From assembly GCA_019057865.1 (NCBI GenBank), contig JAHLWP010000006.1, positions 1 through 64,000 of the forward strand: DNA of 64,000 nt, given 5' to 3'. Position 1 is the first letter of the stretch. Each line of letters opens with the position of its first letter. Source of the stretch: Promethearchaeota archaeon (GTDB lineage Archaea; Asgardarchaeota; Lokiarchaeia; Sigyniarchaeales; SOKP01). A program made the translations under genes and the position numbers. The notes beneath the pieces are model-generated. The model made no database searches and was not told where the DNA came from. It saw only the letters and a list, made by a program, of their open reading frames with translations. Below, piece after piece: positions 9,595 to 19,321 of the stretch.

Positions 9595-10776
9595 ATGGCT
9601 GAAAATAATAATTTATACTCACAATTGGGAGTTTCATCCAAAAAAGAAGATTTACACGAAGCAATTAAAGATGTTGATAAAGGACTTTTTCCAGGAGCTT
9701 TTTGCAAAATTGTTGAAGATATTGCAGGTAAAAAAGATTATTGTTCCATTTTCCATGAAGATGGAGCAGGCACAAAATCAAGTTTAGCATATATGTATTA
9801 TAGGGAAACTGGGGATTTATCAGTTTTTAATGGTATAGTTCAGGATGCAATTGTTATGAATATTGATGATATTTTGTGTGTAGGAGCTACAGGAAATATT
9901 TTTTTATCTAACACAATTGCAAGAAATGCTAAATTTATTACTGGGGATATAATTTCAACTATTATTAAGGAATATGAATCCTATAGTAAAAAATTATCAT
10001 CACTCGGTTTAAAAATAATAACTTGTGGTGGAGAAACAGAAGATTTAGGAGATCTAGTTAAAACTTTATCAATTTTTGCTTCAATTTTTACCAGAATGAA
10101 AAAGGAAGATGTAATTGATGCTAATAATATCAGTAAATCCGATATAATAATAGGCTTGGCTGGTTTTGGGAAAGCATCTTATGAAGATGAATACAATACC
10201 GGGATTGGAAGTAATGGATTAACATTAGCAAGACATGGAACACTTAGTCATGATTATTATAAGAAATATCCAGAATGCTATGATCAAAATACTGATAAGG
10301 ATTTGATTTTTTTTGGTAGGTATAAGTTAACTGATATGATAAACGAGATTAATTTAACAGTAGGAAAGGCTCTCTTATCTCCAACAAGAACTTATGCGCC
10401 TGTATTAATAGAAGTTTTAAAGAACTATAGAAAAGATATTCATGGTTTAATTCATAATACTGGTGGAGGACAAACCAAAAGTCTAAATTTTGGTAAAAAT
10501 ATAAAATATGTGAAGAATAATCTTTTTCCTCTTCCTAAAATTTTTCAAATAATTCAACAATCTTCTGAGACTAATTGGAAAGAAATGTATAGTGTGTTTA
10601 ATATGGGTCATAGATTGGAATTGTATTGCGATGAGTCAATAGCAAAAGAGATTATTAATATTGCTAAAAAGTTTGATATTGAAGGGAAGATTATCGGACA
10701 ATGTGAAAAATCCCCTATAACAGATAAAAATATTATTGAAATACAATCCGAATTTGGTTCTTTTAATTATAGTTAA
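9595..10776 (+). CDS. purM: Phosphoribosylformylglycinamidine cyclo-ligase (AIR synthase)
   Basis: GVSSKKED, DGAGTKS, GGETED, FNMGHRLE; adjacent to purB. Confidence 0.85.
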   Translation: MAENNNLYSQLGVSSKKEDLHEAIKDVDKGLFPGAFCKIVEDIAGKKDYCSIFHEDGAGTKSSLAYMYYRETGDLSVFNGIVQDAIVMNIDDILCVGATGNIFLSNTIARNAKFITGDIISTIIKEYESYSKKLSSLGLKIITCGGETEDLGDLVKTLSIFASIFTRMKKEDVIDANNISKSDIIIGLAGFGKASYEDEYNTGIGSNGLTLARHGTLSHDYYKKYPECYDQNTDKDLIFFGRYKLTDMINEINLTVGKALLSPTRTYAPVLIEVLKNYRKDIHGLIHNTGGGQTKSLNFGKNIKYVKNNLFPLPKIFQIIQQSSETNWKEMYSVFNMGHRLELYCDESIAKEIINIAKKFDIEGKIIGQCEKSPITDKNIIEIQSEFGSFNYS

Positions 10777-10788
10777 CATGATTATTTT

Positions 10789-11745
10789 ATGACTGAATCA
10801 TATGATGTAATCTGTATAGGGGCTGCTCTAGTGGATATGATTGCTAGAGTTATAAGGCATCCTGTAGATGATGATGAAGTCTATGTATCAGATCTAGAAT
10901 TATTAGCTGGAGGTGCTGCTGCAAATACGGCTTATGTATGTGCTAAATTAGGTTTGTTAACGGCTTTTCTTGGAAAATTAGGTCTTAATGATACATTCGG
11001 TAATAAAATAATAAAAGATTTCAACGAAGTTAAAGTAGTAACAACATTAATTAAATATTCAAATAAATATGGCACTGGATCTGCTTATGTAGCTCTAAAT
11101 CGAGAAGGTGATCGGAGAATATATGCGTATAGTGGTGCAGCTAATTATCTTTCTAGAGATAACATTATAGAAGGAGAATTATCCTCAACAAAAGCAATCT
11201 TTTTAAGCAGTTTAAAAAATTTGGAGCCATTTATTAAAGCAGCAAAGATTGGGAGAAAAAATAAGATTCCTGTAATATTAAATCCAGGTATGTTAATAAT
11301 TGACCAAGACCTTGAAAATATAAAAATGTTACTTGAATATATTGATATTCTTATTTTATCTCAGAAAGAGTTTTCGACCCTTATGAACATCCAAGAACGT
11401 GAGTTAAACTTAAAAACTATTGAGGGAACTATGAAAAAACTTATCAAATTAGGCATTAAAGTCATCATAGTTACAAGAGGTGAGATTGGAGCTTTATTAT
11501 ATACAAATCTCGATTTTGAATTAATACCTTCTATTAAAGTTAGAAACGTAGTAGATACAACTGGTGCTGGTGATGCTTTTTCTGCTGGTTTTATTTATGG
11601 TTTTGTTCAGAATTTAAGTTTTGAGTTTGAAGCCCTCAAAAAAAATGTAAAAATTGGAAATTTCATTGCTGGAAAATGTATACAGAAATTAGGAGCAAGA
11701 AATGGAATCCCTTTTAAAGAAGATTTGAAATTAGTTTTTCCCTAA
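10789..11745 (+). CDS. PfkB family carbohydrate/nucleoside kinase
   Basis: GGAAANTA, DTTGAGDAFSAG. Confidence 0.9.
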   Translation: MTESYDVICIGAALVDMIARVIRHPVDDDEVYVSDLELLAGGAAANTAYVCAKLGLLTAFLGKLGLNDTFGNKIIKDFNEVKVVTTLIKYSNKYGTGSAYVALNREGDRRIYAYSGAANYLSRDNIIEGELSSTKAIFLSSLKNLEPFIKAAKIGRKNKIPVILNPGMLIIDQDLENIKMLLEYIDILILSQKEFSTLMNIQERELNLKTIEGTMKKLIKLGIKVIIVTRGEIGALLYTNLDFELIPSIKVRNVVDTTGAGDAFSAGFIYGFVQNLSFEFEALKKNVKIGNFIAGKCIQKLGARNGIPFKEDLKLVFP

Positions 11746-11820
11746 ATACAAATAATAAAGTTTTTAATTTTATAATTTAATAATTTTTTATTCAAATACT
11801 ATACTTTAAAATGAGAATCA

Positions 11821-12891
11821 ATGGGGAAACCAATATATAAAAAAAAAAAAACTATTCTTAAAGAAAGATTTAGATTTCTTTTTGTAGAAGTTATTTGGTA
11901 TTTTATAATTATTTACGTATTAGTCTTTCTTTCTTTAGCTTCATTAGAGTTCTTTGCGGATAAAAATTCCGTTTCTTATGGGATCATATTTTATATTGAA
12001 CGAGCTATATTGATATTTATAGCAGTACCGATTGCTTTTTTCATTTCTAAGTTTCTATCACAACCTCATAAAAGAGAGATTATTATTGAAGAGGATATTT
12101 CTCCATTCAAAGGATTTTTTATGCTTTATAAAGTAACTAAAAAGAATTATAAATATCAATTTTTGTATGGATTTTTAATATATTTCCTGGTATTTTTACC
12201 CTTGGACTTTTTTACTTACCTTTTGTTACCTGATATGATTAGCTATCAAGCTTTTTCTTTAGGTTCTAACGCGTCAAACTCTTATTTATTTAGAGACTAT
12301 TTTACATTTTTAATATCTGTTATTATAATTCAATTATGTGTTTCTTTTTCAGAAGAAACAATTTTTAGAGGTTTTATTACTAAATCGGGGAGTGAACATA
12401 TAAATAGAATATCTGTTGTTATAATAGCTTCTCTTTCTTGGGGATTAGGTCATTTTGCTTATTATTTTGATCCTATAAGTGGAGCTTATCCATTTTGGTT
12501 TCCCTTCATTTGGTTTACACAAGCATTCATAATTGGAATAATTTTGTCACTTCTAGTTTTGAGAAGGAAATGGATATTTCCAGTAATTCTCGCGCATGCT
12601 TTAAATAATATAATTTCAGCACATACTTTGTGGAATTCTTTAAAGGGAAATGATTTTACTAATATTGCTTTATTTCTTTATTGTCCGTTGCTAATTATAG
12701 GTATTGTATTATTTATATGGCAATTTCCAAGAATCAAAGAAGGTTTATCAATAGGATTCAAATTATTAAAAACTTATTTTAAAAGTGAAAGGGAATATGT
12801 TGATTCCATTGGTGATAAGTTATTTATGATCTTCATAGATTTGTTGATAGGTATAATTGTTTTTCTGGTGGGCTTTATGATTTTAATATAA
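11821..12891 (+). CDS. CPBP (Abi/CAAX) intramembrane metalloprotease
   Basis: EETIFRG, WGLGH, HALNN; multiple TM segments. Confidence 0.85.
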   Translation: MGKPIYKKKKTILKERFRFLFVEVIWYFIIIYVLVFLSLASLEFFADKNSVSYGIIFYIERAILIFIAVPIAFFISKFLSQPHKREIIIEEDISPFKGFFMLYKVTKKNYKYQFLYGFLIYFLVFLPLDFFTYLLLPDMISYQAFSLGSNASNSYLFRDYFTFLISVIIIQLCVSFSEETIFRGFITKSGSEHINRISVVIIASLSWGLGHFAYYFDPISGAYPFWFPFIWFTQAFIIGIILSLLVLRRKWIFPVILAHALNNIISAHTLWNSLKGNDFTNIALFLYCPLLIIGIVLFIWQFPRIKEGLSIGFKLLKTYFKSEREYVDSIGDKLFMIFIDLLIGIIVFLVGFMILI

Positions 12892-12906
12892 AGGAGTGAT
12901 ATTTCT

Positions 12907-13443
12907 ATGAAAATTGGGATTTTAGCTGATACTCATATTACAATTAATGATGACCCAAAAAAAATTGAGTTATTAATATCCCAATTAAACCAGATTTTTA
13001 ATGATGTTGATGAAATTATCCATGCTGGCGATCTATGTGAAAAATTTTTTTTAGATGAACTTAACAAAATTGCTCCAACGAAATGTGTTAAGGGAAATTT
13101 GGACAAAATTGAGGATTTGGAAGATTTTATTAAATTTTCAGTTGGTTGTTATAATATAGGAGTAATCCATCAATTACCCCAAAATCTTGAAGATTTTATT
13201 AGAAAACACGATCTAAATGTATTAATTCATGGTCATGATCATCAACCGATCATAGAAGGTACATCCTATAATACACTTCTTTTAAATCCGGGTTCACCAA
13301 CAAAACCAAAAGCACCTCCTCCAAAAGCGGGATTTGAACCACCAATTGCAAGACCAAGCGTGTTAATTTTAAATATCGATGAGAATGATATTATATCAAC
13401 ATTTATAATAAATTTGGATAGTATAAAAAATCAAATAAGTTAA
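12907..13443 (+). CDS. YfcE/MJ0936-family phosphodiesterase
   Basis: ADTH, HAGD, KGNLD, HGHDH, NPGS. Confidence 0.9.
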   Translation: MKIGILADTHITINDDPKKIELLISQLNQIFNDVDEIIHAGDLCEKFFLDELNKIAPTKCVKGNLDKIEDLEDFIKFSVGCYNIGVIHQLPQNLEDFIRKHDLNVLIHGHDHQPIIEGTSYNTLLLNPGSPTKPKAPPPKAGFEPPIARPSVLILNIDENDIISTFIINLDSIKNQIS

Positions 13444-13573
13444 AAATAAATATAAAATAGTTCATATTATTTATACAAAAATACTTTATGAAAGAGAATC
13501 TTAAATATTAGAATAATTCTCAGTTTTTCTTTTAGAATAATGTTAAATTAACTATAAAAGAGAGTGTATTAAT

Positions 13574-13972
13574 TTGGTTAGTAGATTGGAAATGGTTCTG
13601 AAGGAACTTAATGAAAATGGTAATTTTCGAGCATCATTATTTTCCACAGCAACAGGATTAGTTTTAGCATCTCAAAAAGCTGAAGATATTGATGAAAGAG
13701 TAATAGCTGCTATGGGTTCCCTATTAAGCGATGCAGCTTATAAAGCTGCTGAAGAAATGAATTTATCAGAAGTCCAAAGTATAAAAATTAAATATAAAGA
13801 TGATTATATTATCTGTCGAAATATTATTATTGAAGAGAGCAACACACAATTTATATTAGCAGTATTGAGTGTATTACCAGAATCTAATGATGTCGAAAAA
13901 TATTATGACCAATTGCTTGATTGGGCTGTAGATAATAGCTCCTCAGACCTTGAAAAGTTATCGACAATTTAA
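13574..13972 (+). CDS. Roadblock/LC7-domain protein
   Basis: GLVLAS...DERVIAAMGSLL pattern; 132 aa. Confidence 0.75.
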   Translation: MVSRLEMVLKELNENGNFRASLFSTATGLVLASQKAEDIDERVIAAMGSLLSDAAYKAAEEMNLSEVQSIKIKYKDDYIICRNIIIEESNTQFILAVLSVLPESNDVEKYYDQLLDWAVDNSSSDLEKLSTI

Positions 13973-14117
13973 TAATTGAATTTTTATAAAACAGTTGTAA
14001 ATTTTTTCTATTTTTAACATTGAATTCACTTTATTTTCTATAACAATTCACTTTATATTTTTTAGATTTAAAATTATCTTTGTATTATTTAATTTTAAAA
14101 AGTTATGTGTAAAGAAC

Positions 14118-14225
14118 ATGAAAGCAGCTTATATAGAAAAACATGGAAATTTAGATCAAATTCAAATTGGAGAACTCGAAAAGTTTTACTGGAGATTTGA
14201 TAAATTTTATTTTATTAATTGGTAA
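14118..14225 (+). pseudogene. N-terminal fragment of an MDR-family (quinone oxidoreductase/Zn-dehydrogenase) gene
   Basis: MKAAYIEKHGNLDQIQIGEL resembles MDR N-termini; similarity ends after about 20 codons. Confidence 0.55.
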
Positions 14226-14874
14226 AATTTAAAAACTTTTTCAGAAATTTGGTCCTCATAACCCCAATAAAAATGGTCTGCTCCTGAAATAATTTCATAT
14301 TGCTTAGGTTTAATGTAATACTTATAATGGTCAAAAAAGTTATCAAATGAGGCAACATTATCTCTGTCTCCTTGAAGAAAAAATTTAGGTTTTTCTGATT
14401 GGGAGAGTTCCTTGTAATTAATTCCCATTGAATCCCAAGGAAAAGAAATAGCTATATAACCTATTACTTTATCTGAATGATTAACAGCAGAACAACCTAT
14501 TGCAGCTCCATAAGAATAACCACAAATAATGATTTTTTTTAAATATTTCTCATTTACTAAAAAATTGATACAAGCTTGGACATCACTTAATTCTCCTCTT
14601 CCATTAGAATGAGTACCAGTTGATCTTCCAACAGCTCGGAAATTAAACCTGATACACGAAATATCATTTTTGATGAAAATATTAAAAATTGCAGATACAA
14701 CATTATTATACATATTCCCCCCAAATATTCCCTTTTTAAGTTTTAAATCCTTAAAAATTGAGGATGTGGGTGGACTAATAAAACAGAATAAGACTCATCA
14801 GAAGTTGATTGGTAGTATTCAGCTTCAAGTTTTACATCCTTATTAGTAATAAAAAATTTTTCAGTTTTAACCAT
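14207..14874 (-). CDS. Alpha/beta hydrolase (COG2945-like), spliced: exons 14874-14759 + 14726-14207, 211 aa
   Basis: Exon 1 reads MVKTEKFF...LLVHPHP; exon 2 reads FGGNMYNNVV, RFNFRAVGRSTG, GYSYG, GDRD, GADHF. Removing 32 nt gives HPHPQFGGNMYNNVV. Confidence 0.9.
14727..14758 (-). other. Putative BHB-type mRNA intron (32 nt)
   Basis: Central helix TCCT/GGGA, bulges CAA and ATA, inner stem TTTTTAAG/CTTAAAAA, outer CCACCCACA/TTTGGGGGG (7 of 9 paired). Canonical cut positions restore the frame. Confidence 0.88.
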
Positions 14875-14927
14875 AAATAGAATAAAGAACTGTATCTTTA
14901 TTAAAATTTCTTACTAAACCAATTACT

Positions 14928-16850
14928 TCATGATATGTAGCTTTGACTTAAGCCACTAATATAATTCCCTTCCTGGGTTATCAATTTTTTTGAAGTATAA
15001 GACATTTTTTCTATTTTAACTTTATTGATTAAATTGATTGTATTATGCCTAAATAAGGAGTATAATATATTTAAAGTAGGTGTTGTAATGCCATGCTTAA
15101 TGATGTCAGTTAAAATTCTTAATAAGTAATTCTCAGAAATATTCTTTCCTTGGTAAAGTAATTTATGAATTGGAGATTCAATTAATCCCTTTATGTATAA
15201 GCTATGAAAAGTGTAATTATATAATTCTTTCAATTCTATATTTACTTTTTTCAGCCAAGGGTTTAAATAAAGAATACTTTTTTTTCCTGGTGCTTTATCT
15301 TTTGGCATTGGAGTTTCAGGAACAAATTTTCTTAGTAACTCATAATTTCTTTTCCCCATTATATGTATAATATATCGATCATGCCATTTTGGATTTTTTT
15401 TACTTAATTCAATTTTTTCTAAGTTTGTTATAATTCCAAATCTTTTAAGTAGAAAATTTATACCAAAAACTAATCTCGGAGAGGAAGTATATAGTCTTAC
15501 TTTTATGTTTCTCATATTATTTGAATTCCTTATCTGTTCTTTTATTGTGGCATCACCTAGAATGAACCCTCTAAGAAATCCTTTGACACAATCTAATGGG
15601 GCATTATATATGAATGGAGGAATTTCCTTTTGATGTGCTAAAACAGGTTTCAATCCTATACCCTTTGTAAAAATACTCTTTACTAAAAGAGATTCATTTC
15701 TTAATTTGAAAGCATTTTTATAGTTTTCTCTTTTTTCTTGTTCCAATCGAAATTTAATTCCTAGGACTCTCTTTACTTTTTCGGATACTTTCATAATTAT
15801 ATTTTTATCTGTGCCACATGTAAGATTTATGATATTCATCGAACCCTCTGCGATATATTGACCTAAGATAAATCCAAGGTCAAAATCTTTTTTAATAAAA
15901 CGAGGAATATTAAATAAGTTGCTCTTTCCAAATGTTATGTATTCTTTTCCATTTATTTCATAAACAAATCCACAATCTTTCAAATCTAATGGATTATCAT
16001 TTACTAATACCTTAAGCTTTCTAGGCATTAAGATTCTATCTCCACTCTTTAATTTGAAAGCAGGAATTTTATAAATATTTAACTTATCATCTATACTGTA
16101 AATAGATTGATTTTGACTTAATAAAATATCATCAAATCTAGAAGATATTTTAATTATAGTGTTGCAAATTTTCTTACTAAAGCCTTCTACAGGCATTAAA
16201 CAAGAAATTCCATCAGATGACATGCTATAAGTACTAATATTATAATTATTCATTAATTCTTGACTTTCATATAACTTGTAAAGATTCAAGTCTTCAAGAT
16301 ATACTAAATAAAATTGATAAGGGTATTGATCATCTTGCTTTTGCTTTGGTATCATTGAATTTTTTAAAGATTTGATTGCTAATTTATTTTTAATTAATAG
16401 TCTTTCATATTGCTTAACTCCAAGATATGACCTTAATCTCTTCCTCATCAGACTTAGAGAAGGGACATTTTCTTCATCATAATATTTACTCATAAATCTA
16501 TGAGCTGTGATAAATGAGTGAAACTTTTTAACAAGCCAAATCCAATTTAAAATATCTTTTTTTGAAAATTTTTTATTGTTTTTTATCAAAGTTTTGATGT
16601 TTCCTTTATCAAACTCAATATTATCGTTATATTGATTAAAAGTATTAAGATCAACCTTTTTCGGTATAGTATTTACATTAATATCATCAAATTGATTTAG
16701 ATTTTCCTTGATTAATTTTACACCACAATTTATACAATAAAAAATTGGATCTTTATTTCCAGTAATTTCTTCGATCATTTTATTTGAAATGCTCCAACCA
16801 CATTCCAAACAATAATTTATTATTATATTTATAGAATTTTTTTCTAACAT
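14928..16850 (-). CDS. Free-standing intein-derived LAGLIDADG (DOD) homing endonuclease with N-terminal Zn ribbon
   Basis: CLECG...CINCG. Hint-like LKSGDRILMP. Block C FILGQYIAEGS, block E FLRGFILGDAT, block H TSSPRLVFGINFLLKRFGI. No terminal His-Asn and no C-extein. Confidence 0.8.
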   Translation of the reverse strand: MLEKNSINIIINYCLECGWSISNKMIEEITGNKDPIFYCINCGVKLIKENLNQFDDINVNTIPKKVDLNTFNQYNDNIEFDKGNIKTLIKNNKKFSKKDILNWIWLVKKFHSFITAHRFMSKYYDEENVPSLSLMRKRLRSYLGVKQYERLLIKNKLAIKSLKNSMIPKQKQDDQYPYQFYLVYLEDLNLYKLYESQELMNNYNISTYSMSSDGISCLMPVEGFSKKICNTIIKISSRFDDILLSQNQSIYSIDDKLNIYKIPAFKLKSGDRILMPRKLKVLVNDNPLDLKDCGFVYEINGKEYITFGKSNLFNIPRFIKKDFDLGFILGQYIAEGSMNIINLTCGTDKNIIMKVSEKVKRVLGIKFRLEQEKRENYKNAFKLRNESLLVKSIFTKGIGLKPVLAHQKEIPPFIYNAPLDCVKGFLRGFILGDATIKEQIRNSNNMRNIKVRLYTSSPRLVFGINFLLKRFGIITNLEKIELSKKNPKWHDRYIIHIMGKRNYELLRKFVPETPMPKDKAPGKKSILYLNPWLKKVNIELKELYNYTFHSLYIKGLIESPIHKLLYQGKNISENYLLRILTDIIKHGITTPTLNILYSLFRHNTINLINKVKIEKMSYTSKKLITQEGNYISGLSQSYIS

Positions 16851-17056
16851 TGTATTTTCTATATTAATTTTCTTTATATCTCATCTTGTTTCATAAAAAT
16901 TACAATTTTTACAAGTTTTATTTTTAAACAGTGTTATCAAACACTATAAAATAAAATTCTTTATATTTAAATAAAAAAAGAGAACATTAAGATTAACATA
17001 ATTTTATTTAATTTTTTATCTATAATAATAATACTACTTATAATTCTGCGATAAAA

Positions 17057-17911
17057 ATGAGTTATAACAAAATTATAATAGAAAAGAAAATTAGGGAATT
17101 TCTTATAGAAGACTGTAATTTTTTTGACGTAAGTTCAAAATTTATTGATAAAGAAGCTCAAACTTCTTCAAAAATTATAGTGAAAAGTGATGGATGTGTT
17201 TCAGGCTTAGAAGAATTAAAAATTTTATATGATCTTCTGAAAGTAACTACTAATTTTTTAAAAAAGGATGGAGATGAGGTTAAAAAAGGGGATATCATTG
17301 TTTCATTAAAAGGAAAAACAAAAGATGTACTATTTGGCGAGAGAGTAGGCTTAAATCTTATTACACATATGAGCTCCATAACATCAACAGTAAGAGATTT
17401 TGTTAAAAAAATTAAAGATTCTGGTAAAAATGTTAAAATAGCATGTACTCGTAAAACAATTCCAGGAATGAGGATTTTTGAGAAAAAGGCAGCTGAATAT
17501 GGACAGGCGGATCCACATAGATTTTCACTAGATGATATGATTTTGTTAAAGGATACTCATTTGAGATATTATAATGGAAATGTTGAAAATCTTCTAAAAG
17601 ATGTAAAAAGAGTAGCCAGTTTTACTAAAAAAATTGAGATAGAAGTTGAAAAAGTAAATGATGTTCTTATTGCGGCAGAGAATGGAGCAGATGTAATTAT
17701 GTTAGATAATATGAGCCCTGATATGGTTGAGGATGCTATGAATTTGCTAAAAAAAACCAATTTACGAGAGAGTGTAATTATAGAAATTTCAGGGGGAATA
17801 ACTTTAGAAAATATTATTGATTATTTAATACCAGAACCAGATATAATAAGCATAGGTGAATTAACTCAATTTCCATCACATAAAATGGATTTTTCACTTC
17901 GATTTGATTAG
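17057..17911 (+). CDS. nadC: Nicotinate-nucleotide pyrophosphorylase (carboxylating)
   Basis: CTRKTIPG, HRFSLDDMILLKDTH, EIEVE, MLDN, SGGI. Confidence 0.95.
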   Translation: MSYNKIIIEKKIREFLIEDCNFFDVSSKFIDKEAQTSSKIIVKSDGCVSGLEELKILYDLLKVTTNFLKKDGDEVKKGDIIVSLKGKTKDVLFGERVGLNLITHMSSITSTVRDFVKKIKDSGKNVKIACTRKTIPGMRIFEKKAAEYGQADPHRFSLDDMILLKDTHLRYYNGNVENLLKDVKRVASFTKKIEIEVEKVNDVLIAAENGADVIMLDNMSPDMVEDAMNLLKKTNLRESVIIEISGGITLENIIDYLIPEPDIISIGELTQFPSHKMDFSLRFD

Positions 17912-17918
17912 AAAGATT

Positions 17919-18311
17919 TTAATCTATGATAATTTCACGGATAGAAAAAATAACATCCTTTATTTTAGCTAATTGTTTATATAAATCCTTAATTAACTCA
18001 ATTTCTCCTACGAGTAAGATTAATTCTATCTTCTTTTCTGCGATTCGCCAATCTGTTATTGTTTTAATAATTTGATGGAATTTTGAACATAAATCAGAGA
18101 TCTGATCGATAATTACACTTTTAAAAGGATAGACTAGATTTATGGCCATAATTTTATATCCTTCTAAATTTTCAAATTTTTCATGTTTTTCAATAAAACT
18201 TACTATTGAATCTCTTAATGCTTCACTTTTAGAATTAAATCCGCTAAAATTTCGAACTTTTTCAAACCTATCTAATAAATCATCACTAATTTGTAATGAT
18301 ATTATTGGCAT
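17919..18311 (-). CDS. CopG/NikR-like ribbon-helix-helix regulator
   Basis: IISLQISDDLL...SKSEALRD plus ACT-like C-terminus; NikR His ligands not seen. Confidence 0.75.
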   Translation of the reverse strand: MPIISLQISDDLLDRFEKVRNFSGFNSKSEALRDSIVSFIEKHEKFENLEGYKIMAINLVYPFKSVIIDQISDLCSKFHQIIKTITDWRIAEKKIELILLVGEIELIKDLYKQLAKIKDVIFSIREIIID

Positions 18312-18465
18312 TATAAAATCTATTAAAGAACAATCTCTAAAAAGTTTTTTTCGTGTTTTTGAATTTGAATTATTTTTTAAATTTTAATTTAAAAAACATA
18401 TAATAGAAAATTTGATGAAAATTACAAAGAATACTTCAAATTGTTTAAAGTAATATAAAGAGGTT

Positions 18466-19299
18466 TTAGAAAAATTTTCCTATAAACTCAATACTTTGAA
18501 TCAAGTCTTTTGCTGAGGATAATTCAATGATCAATGGACCTGTATAATCATAACTCTTTATTACTGCAAAGATTTCGCCAAAATTAATTTTTCCAGTTCC
18601 CAGTGGCGGATGTGTGTCTGATTTTTTACTGAAATTGTCTACAAGATGAATATTTTTTATTTTATTATGAAATTTTACCCATAGTTTTTTTACATTCCCA
18701 TCACAGGTATAAAAATGGCTAGTGTCATAAGTAAGAAAAATTTTGGGATGATTGATTTTAGTAAATATATCTTCAATATTATTTTCATCTGACATTATAT
18801 AACAATTCTTTGGCATATTTTCAATACAAACAGTTAAATCCATTCCATTTGTGAATTCTAATAAATTTTTTACTGATTGAGCTAGTTGTATTTTATTAAA
18901 TTCTCTTATAGAATTTATTAGAAAATTAGCTAGACCTGGATGAATTGTCATTATTTTTGCTCCAACTTTTTCACATATTTTTGCAGTGTTGTAATAAGAT
19001 TCTATAGATGCTTTAGAAATATCATAATTATGAGAGCATAAATTTACATCAATAAAAGGTCCATGGATTTGCTTTTTTATTGAATAAGAATTAGTTATAT
19101 CAATGAACTTTTGTTGGTTTTCGCTATTAAATACTTCAGGAGGATCTAATACCAATTCTACAACTTTAATATTATTTTCTTCAGCAAATTTAAGACAATC
19201 CTCGGAAGCTTTAAGTAATAAGTCAAATAAGTTCTTAAACTTACCCAAAAGTCCATATTCTATAATGTGTCCTAACGAACTTATACCTAACTCTCGCAT
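18466..19299 (-). CDS. Sugar phosphate isomerase/epimerase (xylose isomerase-like TIM barrel)
   Basis: HGPF, IHPG, IENM, DTSH, HLVDN, HPPLGTG, IIE. Confidence 0.85.
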   Translation of the reverse strand: MRELGISSLGHIIEYGLLGKFKNLFDLLLKASEDCLKFAEENNIKVVELVLDPPEVFNSENQQKFIDITNSYSIKKQIHGPFIDVNLCSHNYDISKASIESYYNTAKICEKVGAKIMTIHPGLANFLINSIREFNKIQLAQSVKNLLEFTNGMDLTVCIENMPKNCYIMSDENNIEDIFTKINHPKIFLTYDTSHFYTCDGNVKKLWVKFHNKIKNIHLVDNFSKKSDTHPPLGTGKINFGEIFAVIKSYDYTGPLIIELSSAKDLIQSIEFIGKFF

Positions 19300-19321
19300 T
19301 TTTGATCAATTTAAAAAATTA

